Source: an uncultured bacterium
GTDB taxonomy: Bacteria > Fidelibacterota > Marinisomatia > Marinisomatales > UBA1611
Assembly (NCBI GenBank): GCA_943788175.1
Contig: CALSPG010000007.1
Span: 256,001-320,000, forward strand
Direction of reading: 5' to 3'
DNA length: 64,000 nt
The translations under genes were made by a program, and so were the position numbers. The notes beneath the pieces were generated by a model. It saw only the letters and a list, made by a program, of their open reading frames with translations, ran no database searches and was not told where the DNA came from. Shown here piece by piece: positions 39,301-48,911 of the stretch. Each line of letters starts with the position of its first letter. Position 1 is the stretch's first letter.

Positions 39301-42300
39301 CACGATCGTCCTGGGAATAGTACTGAAGGTTCACAAAGTATTACGGAAATTTTAATTGATGAAACACCAGCAAACATTTCCCCAATTTCTATAATATCAA
39401 ATAATAACAATACTTCTTTAGCAAAAATTGGGGATTCGGTTACCGTTTCATTTAGTACTTCTGAGGCACTAATTGATACTGTAGTAAAAATTGAAGATCA
39501 GTTATCTATTGTTAGTGGATTAGGTAGTAATCAATTCGCAGGTGTTTTTGAGATGATTGATGCTAATTCTGAGGGGGTCATTCCATTTGAAATTTCTTTT
39601 ATTGATGTTCAAGGTAATCCATTCACAATTTCAGATTCAACTACAGATGGTACGCAAGTAATTTTTGATAAAACAAAACCAACACTAAACCCAGTTTCAA
39701 TTATTTCAGATAATTCATGCTCATCAGGGTCTATTGCAAAATCTGGAAATATTGTTAGTATAAGCTATACTGCAAGTGAGAGTATACTTTCTTCTTTTGC
39801 TACAGTTATGGGAGACACTGTATCAATTTCTGACCTCGGATCTTCTCAATTTAAAATAGATTATCAGCTTAACGATTCAAATATCGAGGGGTTAGTTGAG
39901 TTTAATATTAAAGTTACAGACTTAGCAGGGAATATTAGCGAAGATGTTATTTCTACTTCAGATGGTTCTGGTGTGGATCTTGATTTGACTTTGCCAGTTT
40001 TAGACTATGTGCATATAGAATCTAATAATAGCTATTCATCAATTGCTGTTTTAGGAGACTTAGTGACACTTACTTTTGAGCCTTCTGAACCTCTATCTTC
40101 GACCACGACTACGATGGCAAACACTACAGTAACAGCATCAGAAAATAACGGTAGTTATTCTGCTACATATATAATACAAGATTCAGATATGCTCTCGGGA
40201 GGATTTTTACCATTCACAGTTAACTTTAATGATTGTCCTGGTAATGCTGGAATAGTAGATAGTACAACATCTGATGAAAGCTTTGTTAGTATTGATATTG
40301 GTCCACCAGAAATGGTATCCGTTAAGATATTTTCTTCAAATCAAGATTCATCTTGGTCTAAAATAGGCGACAGTGTTTTTGTTTTTTTTGTAGTTAATGA
40401 ACCTTTAAAAATAGTTGGTTTCCCTTCAGATGCCATCCCTCCATATTCATCCTTAAAAATAGGCGAAAACTCTGTCGAAATAATTAATGTTGAAAATACT
40501 AGCTATCAAGGCTTTTATATAATGACTGAACCTGATAATGAAGGACAAGTGCCTTTAGAGGTTTCATTTTATGATCTTGGTAGTCAAGCTGGAAATGATG
40601 GCACTCCAATTCAAGCTACAACGAATAATAGTAAAGTTATATTTGATAAAACTAGTCCTACAATAACCCAAGCTACATTTACCACAAACAATACTTATGG
40701 CGATTCGCTTGCAAAAATAAATGATATTGGTTCCATAAATTTTTCATTAAATGAAAACTTAAGATCTGTTTTGACTCAATTAGATAGTGATAGTATTTCA
40801 ATGAATGGAGGAAATCAAAATTTTTCATATAATTATACTTTCTCTGATTCAAATCAGAATGGCTATATTGCTTTGAGCATGCTAGCAATTGATTCTGCTG
40901 GAAATCAATCAGATACAATAATTAATAGAGTTTATTTTGATAAAACAGCTCCTCAATTATCTTCTATTTTAGAAGGCTCAATAATTGAAGATAAAGTATA
41001 TTCGAGGTTCGGAGACTCACTTCAACTCGCTTGGTCAAAAGTAGAGTTAGAATCTGGAATTAAAAGATCATATATCGGACTCGGGTCAGATTCGGGATTA
41101 GTTGATATTGTTAATTGGATTATATCAAGCAATGAGGATCAAGGGTCTCTTACAGCACTAAACCTTGATAATAATTCTAAATATTTTGGAGCTATTTTTC
41201 TTGAAGATAATGTTGGAAATATATCTAATTCAATCTGGGGTGATGGTATAACAATAGATCTTGAAGTGCCAAATGTTGGAAGTGTTTGGGATGGTTTTTT
41301 AGATGAGGATATTGATTACACGGCAGATTCTAACCAATTATTTGTCAGATGGAAAGATTTTACTGATAATCAATCCATTGATTTCTATGAAGCAGCAATT
41401 GGCTCAAATAATGATACCATTAACATTGCAAGTTGGCAAAAATCAACTTCTGTTGATAATATTCAAATCGTAGGGCTGAATTTAGAAAGGGGAGTAAAAT
41501 ATTTCTCATATTTGCGAGCAGTTGATTCCGCTTCAAATATATCCTCAATACTGAAAAGTGATGGTCTGGAATTTGATAATACGCCACCAAATATTAAATC
41601 AATTTATCCATTATTTGACTCCTTACAAGTATTATCGGTATTAAATAATGATGAAATTAAAATCAATTTTAATAAGCCTATTTTAAAATTTGGATTTACA
41701 GTAAGTGCTTCTCAAGATTCTAATCTTAATTATTCTACAGTCATACAAGATTCTGGAATCATTATCTCAATACTTGATATCCTTCCAAGTTACGAGACTA
41801 TAACAGTGAATTTAGATACAGCCATTGCATTTAATTTATTGAATTATACGGATACAATGGTATTTAGAAGCAAGCTATGGGGAGATTTAAATGATGATTA
41901 CAAAATTTCGGTCGAAGATATTTTATCGTTCAATCAAAACTGGCCTAAGGTAAATACTGATTTAGGCCCTGTAAGTGGAATGGCGCCATATTTATTCCCG
42001 TCACCTGATGGGATATCAGATTTAAAAGACTTAGCTGCCTTTGGAAAAATGTGGGTTTGGTATTATCATGAGTATAATCAGGACTCACTTTTATCTTCAA
42101 ATATTTCATATAATTATGACATTCATACAGAATGGGAAAAAAACTATTTAAAATTAGTAGTGCCTGAAAATACTTATGGTGCTGAATTAGTATTTTTTAA
42201 TTCAAATTTTAAAGTTAAAGACTTCCACATCAATAATTTAAAAAATGGTTCTTTTCATTTTGCCGTTTCTGATACTGATAGAAATTTAATAAGTTTTGTG

Positions 42301-42735
42301 ATAGCAGATAAAAGTGGTTTGGACTCTCCTCTGACATTTTCGCTGGTTAACAAATCATTAGAAAAATTGACGACTTCATTAAAGTATAAATTTATTGATA
42401 ACAAATCAGTCCAGATTAATAAAGGCATTGGGAATATTGATTTAGAAATTTTACCTGATAAGTTTAAACTGTTTCAGAATTATCCAAACCCATTTAATGG
42501 CGAAACAGTTATTAAATATGAACTTCCTAAATCAGGAAAAGTTAAAATAAAAATTTATGATTTAGTAGGTAAAGAAGTTTTTTCAGAATCTTATTACAAT
42601 CAAAAACCGGGGATAAAAAAGTTCACTTGGAAGGGGAAGGATAATGGGAAAAATGTTGTCAGCTCTGGAGTTTATTTTTTTCAGATAAGTGCAGGGGAAA
42701 ATATTAAAAGAATGAAAATGATATTATTAAAATAA
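36313..42735 (+). CDS. Giant (2140 aa) secreted surface protein: LamG domain, about 8 Ig-like repeats, 2 FN3-like modules, dockerin-like motif, T9SS/FlgD-type C-terminal domain
   Basis: Signal peptide; FTIELWVKP...QWTHLAASYDG...FNGNIDEVRLW (LamG); repeats ending DKTxP; GDLNDDYKISVED; FQNYPNPFN...SSGVYF...KMILLK. Confidence 0.85.
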   Translation: MKKYSFLFLLFSFIQADILFTETFDNSGTWPTDWSFDQYINPETGEVHTSFGQHNWRIDNSFQSDPGFTPPAAVFYYFPRVPLPSDVSIGDIHPAESGNDPQSELETSYELSMQSPDIDVGDNNAVLVEFTIALDYWDNPTAHINGMVIEADGGNGWSEMLKYEVGGVGAGDDFDASLRTETFVVSTETGTLKLRWKAYGTDSYFIDAWIIDNLKVITLPKLSYVHIESDNTTDNQSAVEGDNVTLSFTSEQSLLTLPYVQINGFETTVIPQGGNSYIASYIVSIADADGPLTFSIDFTALDGGIDGATVKTTTENSRVTIDRTPPPPFNVGDIITTQGGNVFSGKWNSTNTGMEIDVTVPEDSAVVDFNYFQGNSISFDGLDDRVVISGNSIYKFSDQFTIELWVKPNSTDSDNYRGLISFGEDGSNQFGYGFAYYATGWRFFIKTQSNSVSQWTSLPYASAPSGQWTHLAASYDGTKLTLYKNGSVADEKVVSGQIAWTANSGDLYIGSFNKAGTDYFFNGNIDEVRLWDTVRTGLQIKGNKGITLEGNENGLVSYWKADESAGTVLNDLTSNQINGNLNGSSFATLNSPINFSTPIYDNTVIIGSKYQLRAKIGSNSFELFDDLQEVTLTDFNSGQKIINGLSINFSNVTGYQHSETAQISALLYDQSGNQSLGDTSVMVLEIDLIANNPTSTNITSNNTNSSYAKTDDIITITMAYDEDIASTSTAIESNNAADTDLGSEQFKADYTLVGTEPEGVLNFTIDALDYMGNPGNYSLTTDGSQVIYDKTLPELTYVNISSNNADTSWAKVNDSISLTFISNEKISLPNVFILGQVASVVDFQNNKFKAIYVPTDSDIEGLATFEIQFSDLAGNDGTPITNSINNTKVTFDKTNPADFIVGLLTPTGGNQVAEIWNLTNTGIDIIVPVSNDTTLKNGTVQLYAKIASNVFTPLGDISTILSSEINTDKTISIPGNLIEGLTGFVEMQTIYIKAIMHDRPGNSTEGSQSITEILIDETPANISPISIISNNNNTSLAKIGDSVTVSFSTSEALIDTVVKIEDQLSIVSGLGSNQFAGVFEMIDANSEGVIPFEISFIDVQGNPFTISDSTTDGTQVIFDKTKPTLNPVSIISDNSCSSGSIAKSGNIVSISYTASESILSSFATVMGDTVSISDLGSSQFKIDYQLNDSNIEGLVEFNIKVTDLAGNISEDVISTSDGSGVDLDLTLPVLDYVHIESNNSYSSIAVLGDLVTLTFEPSEPLSSTTTTMANTTVTASENNGSYSATYIIQDSDMLSGGFLPFTVNFNDCPGNAGIVDSTTSDESFVSIDIGPPEMVSVKIFSSNQDSSWSKIGDSVFVFFVVNEPLKIVGFPSDAIPPYSSLKIGENSVEIINVENTSYQGFYIMTEPDNEGQVPLEVSFYDLGSQAGNDGTPIQATTNNSKVIFDKTSPTITQATFTTNNTYGDSLAKINDIGSINFSLNENLRSVLTQLDSDSISMNGGNQNFSYNYTFSDSNQNGYIALSMLAIDSAGNQSDTIINRVYFDKTAPQLSSILEGSIIEDKVYSRFGDSLQLAWSKVELESGIKRSYIGLGSDSGLVDIVNWIISSNEDQGSLTALNLDNNSKYFGAIFLEDNVGNISNSIWGDGITIDLEVPNVGSVWDGFLDEDIDYTADSNQLFVRWKDFTDNQSIDFYEAAIGSNNDTINIASWQKSTSVDNIQIVGLNLERGVKYFSYLRAVDSASNISSILKSDGLEFDNTPPNIKSIYPLFDSLQVLSVLNNDEIKINFNKPILKFGFTVSASQDSNLNYSTVIQDSGIIISILDILPSYETITVNLDTAIAFNLLNYTDTMVFRSKLWGDLNDDYKISVEDILSFNQNWPKVNTDLGPVSGMAPYLFPSPDGISDLKDLAAFGKMWVWYYHEYNQDSLLSSNISYNYDIHTEWEKNYLKLVVPENTYGAELVFFNSNFKVKDFHINNLKNGSFHFAVSDTDRNLISFVIADKSGLDSPLTFSLVNKSLEKLTTSLKYKFIDNKSVQINKGIGNIDLEILPDKFKLFQNYPNPFNGETVIKYELPKSGKVKIKIYDLVGKEVFSESYYNQKPGIKKFTWKGKDNGKNVVSSGVYFFQISAGENIKRMKMILLK

Positions 42736-42740
42736 TTATA

Positions 42741-44408
42741 TCACATTTTTTCTGGAGCGCTTACACCTAAAATAGAAAGACCTATTGATATAATGATTTT
42801 GGCCCCATTTATAAGCCCCAACCTGGACTGTGATAACTTTTCATTATCAGTTATGACTTTACAATTACCATAAAATTTATGAAAAGAGGATGCTAAGTCT
42901 TGAAGATAAATAGCAATTGTTTGAGGTTCTAAAGTTTCTAGAGCTGTTTCCATCATTGTTGGAAAATTGGACATGAGTTTTAATAATTTAATTTCACTGC
43001 TTTCATTTAGTAAGGTTGTATCAAATTTTTCTGAAAATTTAAACCCTTGATTTTCGCCGTATCTGATGATATTGCAAATCCTTGCGTATGCATATTGTAA
43101 ATAAAAAACAGGGTTTTTATCAGATTGGTCTTTTGCGAGGTTTAAGTCGAAATCTAAATGCGTATTCATGCTTCGCATAATAAAAAAATATCGTATGACA
43201 TCAACGCTCAGTTCATTGACCAAGTCATCTAAGGTAATAAAGTCAGCTTTCCGAGTGGACATCTTTACTTTCTCACCATTTTTTACGAGCGTAACAAATT
43301 GATAAATCAATATCTTGACATGCTCAGTTTTCAAACCTAACGCCCTTAATGCTGATAATACATCTGGATAAGTATCTGTATGATCCGCTCCAAATACATC
43401 TACAATAACATCATATCCTCTTTTTATTTTATCTTTATGGTAGGCAGTATCTGGAAGACGGTAAGTCGGTTCCCCAGTGCTTTTTATATATACTTTATCT
43501 TGTTTTGCACCTACTCCCGTCGCCTTATACCAAGTAGCATCATCTTTTTCATATACTAATCCCTTGCTTTTAAGCTGAGATAAAAGTTTTTTAATTGCAC
43601 CAGATTCGTAAAAAGACTTTTCGTTAGTAAAAGTATCAAATTTAATTCCTAATGAGTTTAGACTGTTTTCAATTTGTCCAAAGATTACTTTTTCCGCTTC
43701 TGCTAAAAATTTTTCATCATTTTTCACCAAGTTTTCACCATGATTATTGGCAATATTCTTAGCTATTTCAATAATATACTCACCTTGATAACCATCATTT
43801 GGGAATTCAAAAGGTTTTTTAACATATTCGAAATAACGAGACTCTACTGACTGCCCTAATGTCCGCATTTGTTTGCCGGCATCATTATAATAGTATTCTC
43901 TAGTTACGTTATAATCATGCCATTCTAAAATATTAGATACTGTGTCTCCTATTACTGCATTTCTTCCATGGCCTACAGTCAAAGGGCCCGTAGGGTTTGC
44001 ACTTACAAATTCAACATTCGCTGATTTCCCTTTTCCTTTAAAATCTTTTCCAAAACTTTCTTTGTCTTTAATAATTAATTTTAAATTATTTTGATAATAA
44101 TTTGGCTTAATAACAAAATTTATAAAACCTGGTTGAGTTGCAGTGATCTCTTCAATATCATTTAAGTTTTGACGAAGCATCCTTTTTTTTATTTCTTCTG
44201 CAATTTTTAGGGGGTTCTTTTGAATTTGTTTAGAAATTAATAATGCAATATTAGAAGAAAGGTCTCCAAATGATTCTTGTTTTGGTGGCGATAGACTAAA
44301 ATCTTCTAATCCTATGTCAATTTTGTAATCAGTTAATGAGATTAGAATATTTTCTTTAATGTACTTGTTAATAGAGCTAATAGTGATGTTCCTTTCTTGG
44401 AGCATCAT
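42741..44408 (-). CDS. argS: Arginine--tRNA ligase (start possibly ATT 44381)
   Basis: VEFVSANPTGPLTVGHGR, EYYYNDAG, FGADH, KMSTR, NPVFYLQYAYARI, APEKM. Confidence 0.96.
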   Translation of the reverse strand: MMLQERNITISSINKYIKENILISLTDYKIDIGLEDFSLSPPKQESFGDLSSNIALLISKQIQKNPLKIAEEIKKRMLRQNLNDIEEITATQPGFINFVIKPNYYQNNLKLIIKDKESFGKDFKGKGKSANVEFVSANPTGPLTVGHGRNAVIGDTVSNILEWHDYNVTREYYYNDAGKQMRTLGQSVESRYFEYVKKPFEFPNDGYQGEYIIEIAKNIANNHGENLVKNDEKFLAEAEKVIFGQIENSLNSLGIKFDTFTNEKSFYESGAIKKLLSQLKSKGLVYEKDDATWYKATGVGAKQDKVYIKSTGEPTYRLPDTAYHKDKIKRGYDVIVDVFGADHTDTYPDVLSALRALGLKTEHVKILIYQFVTLVKNGEKVKMSTRKADFITLDDLVNELSVDVIRYFFIMRSMNTHLDFDLNLAKDQSDKNPVFYLQYAYARICNIIRYGENQGFKFSEKFDTTLLNESSEIKLLKLMSNFPTMMETALETLEPQTIAIYLQDLASSFHKFYGNCKVITDNEKLSQSRLGLINGAKIIISIGLSILGVSAPEKM

Positions 44409-44736
44409 TCCAGAGTTTTTCTAAATTATAATATTCACGCTCTTCGTTTTTAAAAACATGAACAAGTACATCGACATAATCAAGTAAGACCCAAGACAGT
44501 TTTTCATAGCCTTCAATATGCCATGGCTTGTGAGGAGTTCCTCTACGCACACTGTCGCATATAGCTTTTATTTGGGGTTCTGAACTTGCAGAACAAACGA
44601 CAAAATAGTCAGAAAGAGTAGTAAATTCGTAAACATCTAATACCACTAAATTTTCTGCTTTTTTTGCAAGCGCACATTCGACGATTTTGTCAACTAATTC
44701 CGTGGAAGGGTTTTTATTTTTAGTTTTACTAGGCAA
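44377..44736 (-). CDS. rsfS: Ribosome silencing factor
   Basis: KKAENLVVLDV, DYFVVCSA, WVLLDYVDVLVHVF, REYYNLEKLW. Confidence 0.93.
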   Translation of the reverse strand: MPSKTKNKNPSTELVDKIVECALAKKAENLVVLDVYEFTTLSDYFVVCSASSEPQIKAICDSVRRGTPHKPWHIEGYEKLSWVLLDYVDVLVHVFKNEEREYYNLEKLWNDAPRKEHHY

Positions 44737-44737
44737 A

Positions 44738-45265
44738 TTAATTTTCAGCAGAGATATAATTATTTAATTCTGCAAAGGAGGCATAGTCTTTTCCTATTAT
44801 AATTGTAACATCGACTCCGATTGATTCGTCAGGAATAATTTTTATTCGAGTACTGTCGCCTAGATAAATTCCAAATGATTCAACTATTTTTTTTAAACTT
44901 TTGATGTTTTCATTCCGTTGAATTATAAGAGTATTTTTGTAGTCATGATTGTCTGCATTATCAGAGTTAATCACATCAATATTTTTTGTTCGTAAAAATT
45001 CTGTTGTTTTGAGAGCTAAGGCTGAAACCCCACAACCATTTAAAACCTCGACTTTGATATTTTCAACTGGGTTTTGAATGTAAACATCTTTCGCAAGAAT
45101 TGGATGCTTGGAAGTATTTAAAATTGATGGCTTAATTTCTACTCCATCATGCAATTGGTTTTGAGAAAATGAATATAGAAACCCAAGAAGAATCACACCT
45201 GAAACGGCTATAGCAGAATTAAGAGCTACCTCAAGCCCATTTATTTTATTTTTATTTTTTGGCAA
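44738..45265 (-). CDS. LytR C-terminal domain protein
   Basis: Transmembrane helix; VEVLNGCGVSALA, NADN, DVTIIIGKDY. Confidence 0.85.
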   Translation of the reverse strand: MPKNKNKINGLEVALNSAIAVSGVILLGFLYSFSQNQLHDGVEIKPSILNTSKHPILAKDVYIQNPVENIKVEVLNGCGVSALALKTTEFLRTKNIDVINSDNADNHDYKNTLIIQRNENIKSLKKIVESFGIYLGDSTRIKIIPDESIGVDVTIIIGKDYASFAELNNYISAEN

Positions 45266-45270
45266 ACTGT

Positions 45271-45747
45271 TTAATTAGTATGGAAGAAAAGATTATCAAA
45301 AGTATTTCTTTTAAATGAATTATTTCTTAAACCATAGCTAGGCATCTTTTGGAAATTTAAATGGATATATGAGTTATTTGTTGTCTTATAGGTAATTCCA
45401 GCATCTAGTGCTAATTGTGGACCTGATTCTAAATTAAAATTTGTAATTCCTGTGGGTGCATATAGCAATACGTTCGCATTTATTTTAAGATTATCACTTG
45501 CCCAATAAGTGATATTGTTGGAATAACTAGCAATGGTTGTTGCCATTGAACTATTAGATGCCATAGTCATAGAAAATCCTTGGTTAAAACTAAATCTCTT
45601 TGGGCTGAGTAATGGCATTGAGCTATAGTCTAATTGGCCATAAATATTATTTGGTATGTCTCTATTGTTAACATCAGAAAGCAATTGTGCATAAATCGTG
45701 TTTAAATAGAAAAATGTAATTAATGATATATATATATTTCTTTTCAT
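45271..45747 (-). CDS. Hypothetical exported protein
   Basis: 158-aa ORF with signal peptide and beta-strand-rich body. Confidence 0.6.
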   Translation of the reverse strand: MKRNIYISLITFFYLNTIYAQLLSDVNNRDIPNNIYGQLDYSSMPLLSPKRFSFNQGFSMTMASNSSMATTIASYSNNITYWASDNLKINANVLLYAPTGITNFNLESGPQLALDAGITYKTTNNSYIHLNFQKMPSYGLRNNSFKRNTFDNLFFHTN

Positions 45748-45802
45748 ATAGTATTATAAGTTAACACAAGTATTTTGTTCCAAAAATAACTTAGGTTGAA
45801 TT

Positions 45803-46891
45803 TTACAATATATTTTTATTTCCACGCGTTTCAATAAATCCGCCGCCCAGACAAATAGCCTGATCGTAGAAAACAATAGATTGCCCAGGTGCTACAGCAA
45901 ATTGTGGGTTTTCAAATTCAACGAGTATATCATTCGACCGATAATTAATTTTGCATGAGGTATCCTTTGAGCGGTACCTGATTTTTGCTGTTATATTTTT
46001 AATTTTTTCAGGAGGAGCTCCAGCAATCCAATTAATATTTGAAGCTGTTAGGTGCGTATGATACAATTCTGAGTTATTCTTACCCTGAACAACGACTAAT
46101 TTATTTTCTTCTATTATTTTATCAGATACATACCAAGGCCCTTCGTAATCGCTATATCCACCGCCGATGCCTAAACCCTGTCGCTGTCCATAGGTATAAT
46201 ACATCAACCCTTGGTGTTCTCCAATGACTTGCCCATTATTTTTAACTATTTCTCCAGGTTGAATGCTAAAAAATTTTTTAAGAAAATTTTTAAAATTTCT
46301 TTCTCCAATAAAACAAATGCCGGTACTATCTTTTTTATCATGGTTCATAAAACCAAGTTTTTCTGCTTTTTCTCTGACTAGGTTTTTATCGAGGGCTCCA
46401 ATAGGGAAAATACTTTTTGATAGTTGGTATTGATTTAGTCTACATAAAAAATAGCTTTGGTCCTTATTCTCATCTTGCCCTCGTTTAAGTTGAAAACTCC
46501 CATTTTGATTTGATATTATAGAATAGTGACCTGTCGCAATTTGATCCGCACCAAATTCCTTTGCATAATCTAAAAAAGCTTTAAACTTTATTTCTTTGTT
46601 ACATAATATATCAGGATTTGGAGTGCGGCCAATTTTACACTCATCTAAAAATATTTTAAATACTTTCTCCCAATACTCCTCAATTAAATCAATTGATCTT
46701 AGAGGAATATTTAGCTTGTCACATACTTGTAAAGCATCTTTATAATCTTCAACTGCGGTACAAAATTCTTTATCATCCTCATCCCAGTTTTTCATAAAAA
46801 TAGCCTCAACATTATAACCTTGCTCTATTAGAATTGATGCAGCAATAGCACTATCAACTCCTCCGCTCATTCCTATTACAACATTTTTCAA
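45803..46891 (-). CDS. mnmA: tRNA-specific 2-thiouridylase
   Basis: GMSGGVDS, TPNPDILCNKEIKF, ATGHY, KDQSYFL, KDSTGICFIGE, GQRQGL. Confidence 0.97.
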   Translation of the reverse strand: MKNVVIGMSGGVDSAIAASILIEQGYNVEAIFMKNWDEDDKEFCTAVEDYKDALQVCDKLNIPLRSIDLIEEYWEKVFKIFLDECKIGRTPNPDILCNKEIKFKAFLDYAKEFGADQIATGHYSIISNQNGSFQLKRGQDENKDQSYFLCRLNQYQLSKSIFPIGALDKNLVREKAEKLGFMNHDKKDSTGICFIGERNFKNFLKKFFSIQPGEIVKNNGQVIGEHQGLMYYTYGQRQGLGIGGGYSDYEGPWYVSDKIIEENKLVVVQGKNNSELYHTHLTASNINWIAGAPPEKIKNITAKIRYRSKDTSCKINYRSNDILVEFENPQFAVAPGQSIVFYDQAICLGGGFIETRGNKNIL

Positions 46892-47994
46892 TTTAAAATA
46901 TCATTTAATGTTTTAATCAACTGGTCTACTTCTGCAATTGTATTATCTTTTCCAAAACTTATTCGCAATGTTGACAGATTTATTTCATCATCAAGTCCTA
47001 TTGCTTTAAGTACCTTTGAAGGTTTTATAGTACCTGCATTACAAGCAGAGCCATTTGAAACAGCAAAGTTGTATCTATCAAGTTTTGCCATTAAAATATC
47101 GGATTTATATCCAGGAAAAGAGATGCTAATTAATCCAGGTAAATTATTTGTAGTATTGTGTTTAGCGAAAGGCAATGATTGCCTTATGTTTGATAAAAAA
47201 TATTTTTCTAATAATTTTAGTTGGGCTATACACTTTTCTTGATTTTTAACCGCTAGTTCAGCGGCTAAGCCCATGCCAACAATGCCAGCGATGTTCTCAG
47301 TCCCGCCCCGCAACCCGTTTTCTTGATTTCCACCAACAATGAAGGAAGAAAATTTATCTCGATTTTTTACAAATAAAGCACCGACACCTTTTGGACCATA
47401 AAACTTATGTGCTGATAAACTCATATAATCTATGCCAAGCTCGCAAACATCTACATTCATTTTCCCAATTGATTGTACGGCATCTGTATGAAAAGGAACG
47501 TTATATTTATTAATTTGTTTAAAAATTTTTTGAATTGGTTGTATAGAACCAATCTCATTATTGGCAAGCATAATACTAATCAATCCAGTATCATCTCTAA
47601 TTGAATCAAGTAATATTGATGTATTTAGGACTCCTTGTTTATCAACTGGAACCAATGATGATTCAACACCAAACACTTTGAGTTTCTCTAAGACTTTGCT
47701 GATAGCTGGGTGTTCTATAGCTGAAATAATAATGTGTCTATTTTTTTGATTAATTAGAGTCCATAAAACTTGATTGTTCGCTTCTGTCCCACCGCTACAA
47801 AAATAGATTTGACTTCTTTTTGCTCCAATGGCTTCAGCAATTTGAAAACGGGCATGCTCTATAAGAGACTTTGCTTTTCGACCAGATTCATAAACGCTGG
47901 AAGGGTTTGCAAAATGATCTTGATTTATTTCATACATTCTCTGTGAGACTTCTGAATGTATAGGTGTTGTTGAACTGTGATCGAAATAGATCAT
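46888..47994 (-). CDS. iscS: Cysteine desulfurase (IscS/NifS family)
   Basis: YFDHSSTT, SGGTEANN, IEHPA, DAVQ, SAHKFYGPKG, GSAC; overlaps mnmA. Confidence 0.88.
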   Translation of the reverse strand: MIYFDHSSTTPIHSEVSQRMYEINQDHFANPSSVYESGRKAKSLIEHARFQIAEAIGAKRSQIYFCSGGTEANNQVLWTLINQKNRHIIISAIEHPAISKVLEKLKVFGVESSLVPVDKQGVLNTSILLDSIRDDTGLISIMLANNEIGSIQPIQKIFKQINKYNVPFHTDAVQSIGKMNVDVCELGIDYMSLSAHKFYGPKGVGALFVKNRDKFSSFIVGGNQENGLRGGTENIAGIVGMGLAAELAVKNQEKCIAQLKLLEKYFLSNIRQSLPFAKHNTTNNLPGLISISFPGYKSDILMAKLDRYNFAVSNGSACNAGTIKPSKVLKAIGLDDEINLSTLRISFGKDNTIAEVDQLIKTLNDILN

Positions 47995-48016
47995 TTTTAA
48001 ATAAGAAGATAGATTT

Positions 48017-48787
48017 CTAGTTATTGCCTATTGAAGCGTATTTAATTGTATTTTTAAGATTGGTGTAAAATGGGGTTCTTCGTTCTTCTAACCGATCCAT
48101 AATTAATTTTTTATCGTATTCAAACCTAACTACATCCCACCTTGTATCATCCCCTACTTCAAGAAAAGCAACAGATCCTCTAGTGTCTTTATCAAATGGA
48201 AGGCCTGTTGCTCCTTGGCAATAAATAGTCATGTTATCTATAATATCATTTCTAGGTATGTGAACGTGACCATGGACGAAAACAAATTTCTCAATATCCT
48301 TATTGGAACTATAAACATTCTTCTTCCAGTTAAGTGCTTCTTCAATCGATGGCGGGTGATCATCTCTTTGGTACCATGCATGGGTAAACTCTATTAATGT
48401 CGAACCAATAATTTCTCTGTGGGAGACTAACATTTTTCTTATGAACTCAATCCCTCTGTCTCCAATTTTTTCAGCAGTCCACTTTTCATTTTCAACAATA
48501 GCTCTACATATTGGGTCATATGGGTTCATCCCTTCAAGGGTAGGAAGTTCCTCTTCCCAGAGTTTTTCAATTATATAACGGTCATGATTGCCACGAATGA
48601 AAATACAATTTTTCAGTGATTCAAGCTTTTCCAGTGTTTTTTCTGGTTCTGGACCGAGAGAAAAACAATCACCCAAGCATATAATTTGATCTATATTATT
48701 TCTGCTATCAATAATGCTCAAAGCATTATCAAGGGCGGAAACATTTGAATGAATATCGGTGATGATTGCAAATGTTTTATTAGCCAT
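48017..48787 (-). CDS. Metallophosphoesterase family protein
   Basis: DIHSN, LGD, RGNHD, THA, GHVH motifs. Confidence 0.88.
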   Translation of the reverse strand: MANKTFAIITDIHSNVSALDNALSIIDSRNNIDQIICLGDCFSLGPEPEKTLEKLESLKNCIFIRGNHDRYIIEKLWEEELPTLEGMNPYDPICRAIVENEKWTAEKIGDRGIEFIRKMLVSHREIIGSTLIEFTHAWYQRDDHPPSIEEALNWKKNVYSSNKDIEKFVFVHGHVHIPRNDIIDNMTIYCQGATGLPFDKDTRGSVAFLEVGDDTRWDVVRFEYDKKLIMDRLEERRTPFYTNLKNTIKYASIGNN

Positions 48788-48911
48788 ATATTTTAAAAGT
48801 TATTTTAGAAGTAGACATCGTTACAAGTTATATTTTAATTTAGATTTTTACTCTTTTTTAAAGAGATAATTTAAATATTATAAATCAAAACAGTTAAAGT
48901 GAAAAAATATA

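Noticed and set aside
43960-44010. ArgS HIGH motif reading TVGH as a sign of inactivation
   Set aside because: All other motifs are intact and the first HIGH position varies among ArgRS enzymes.
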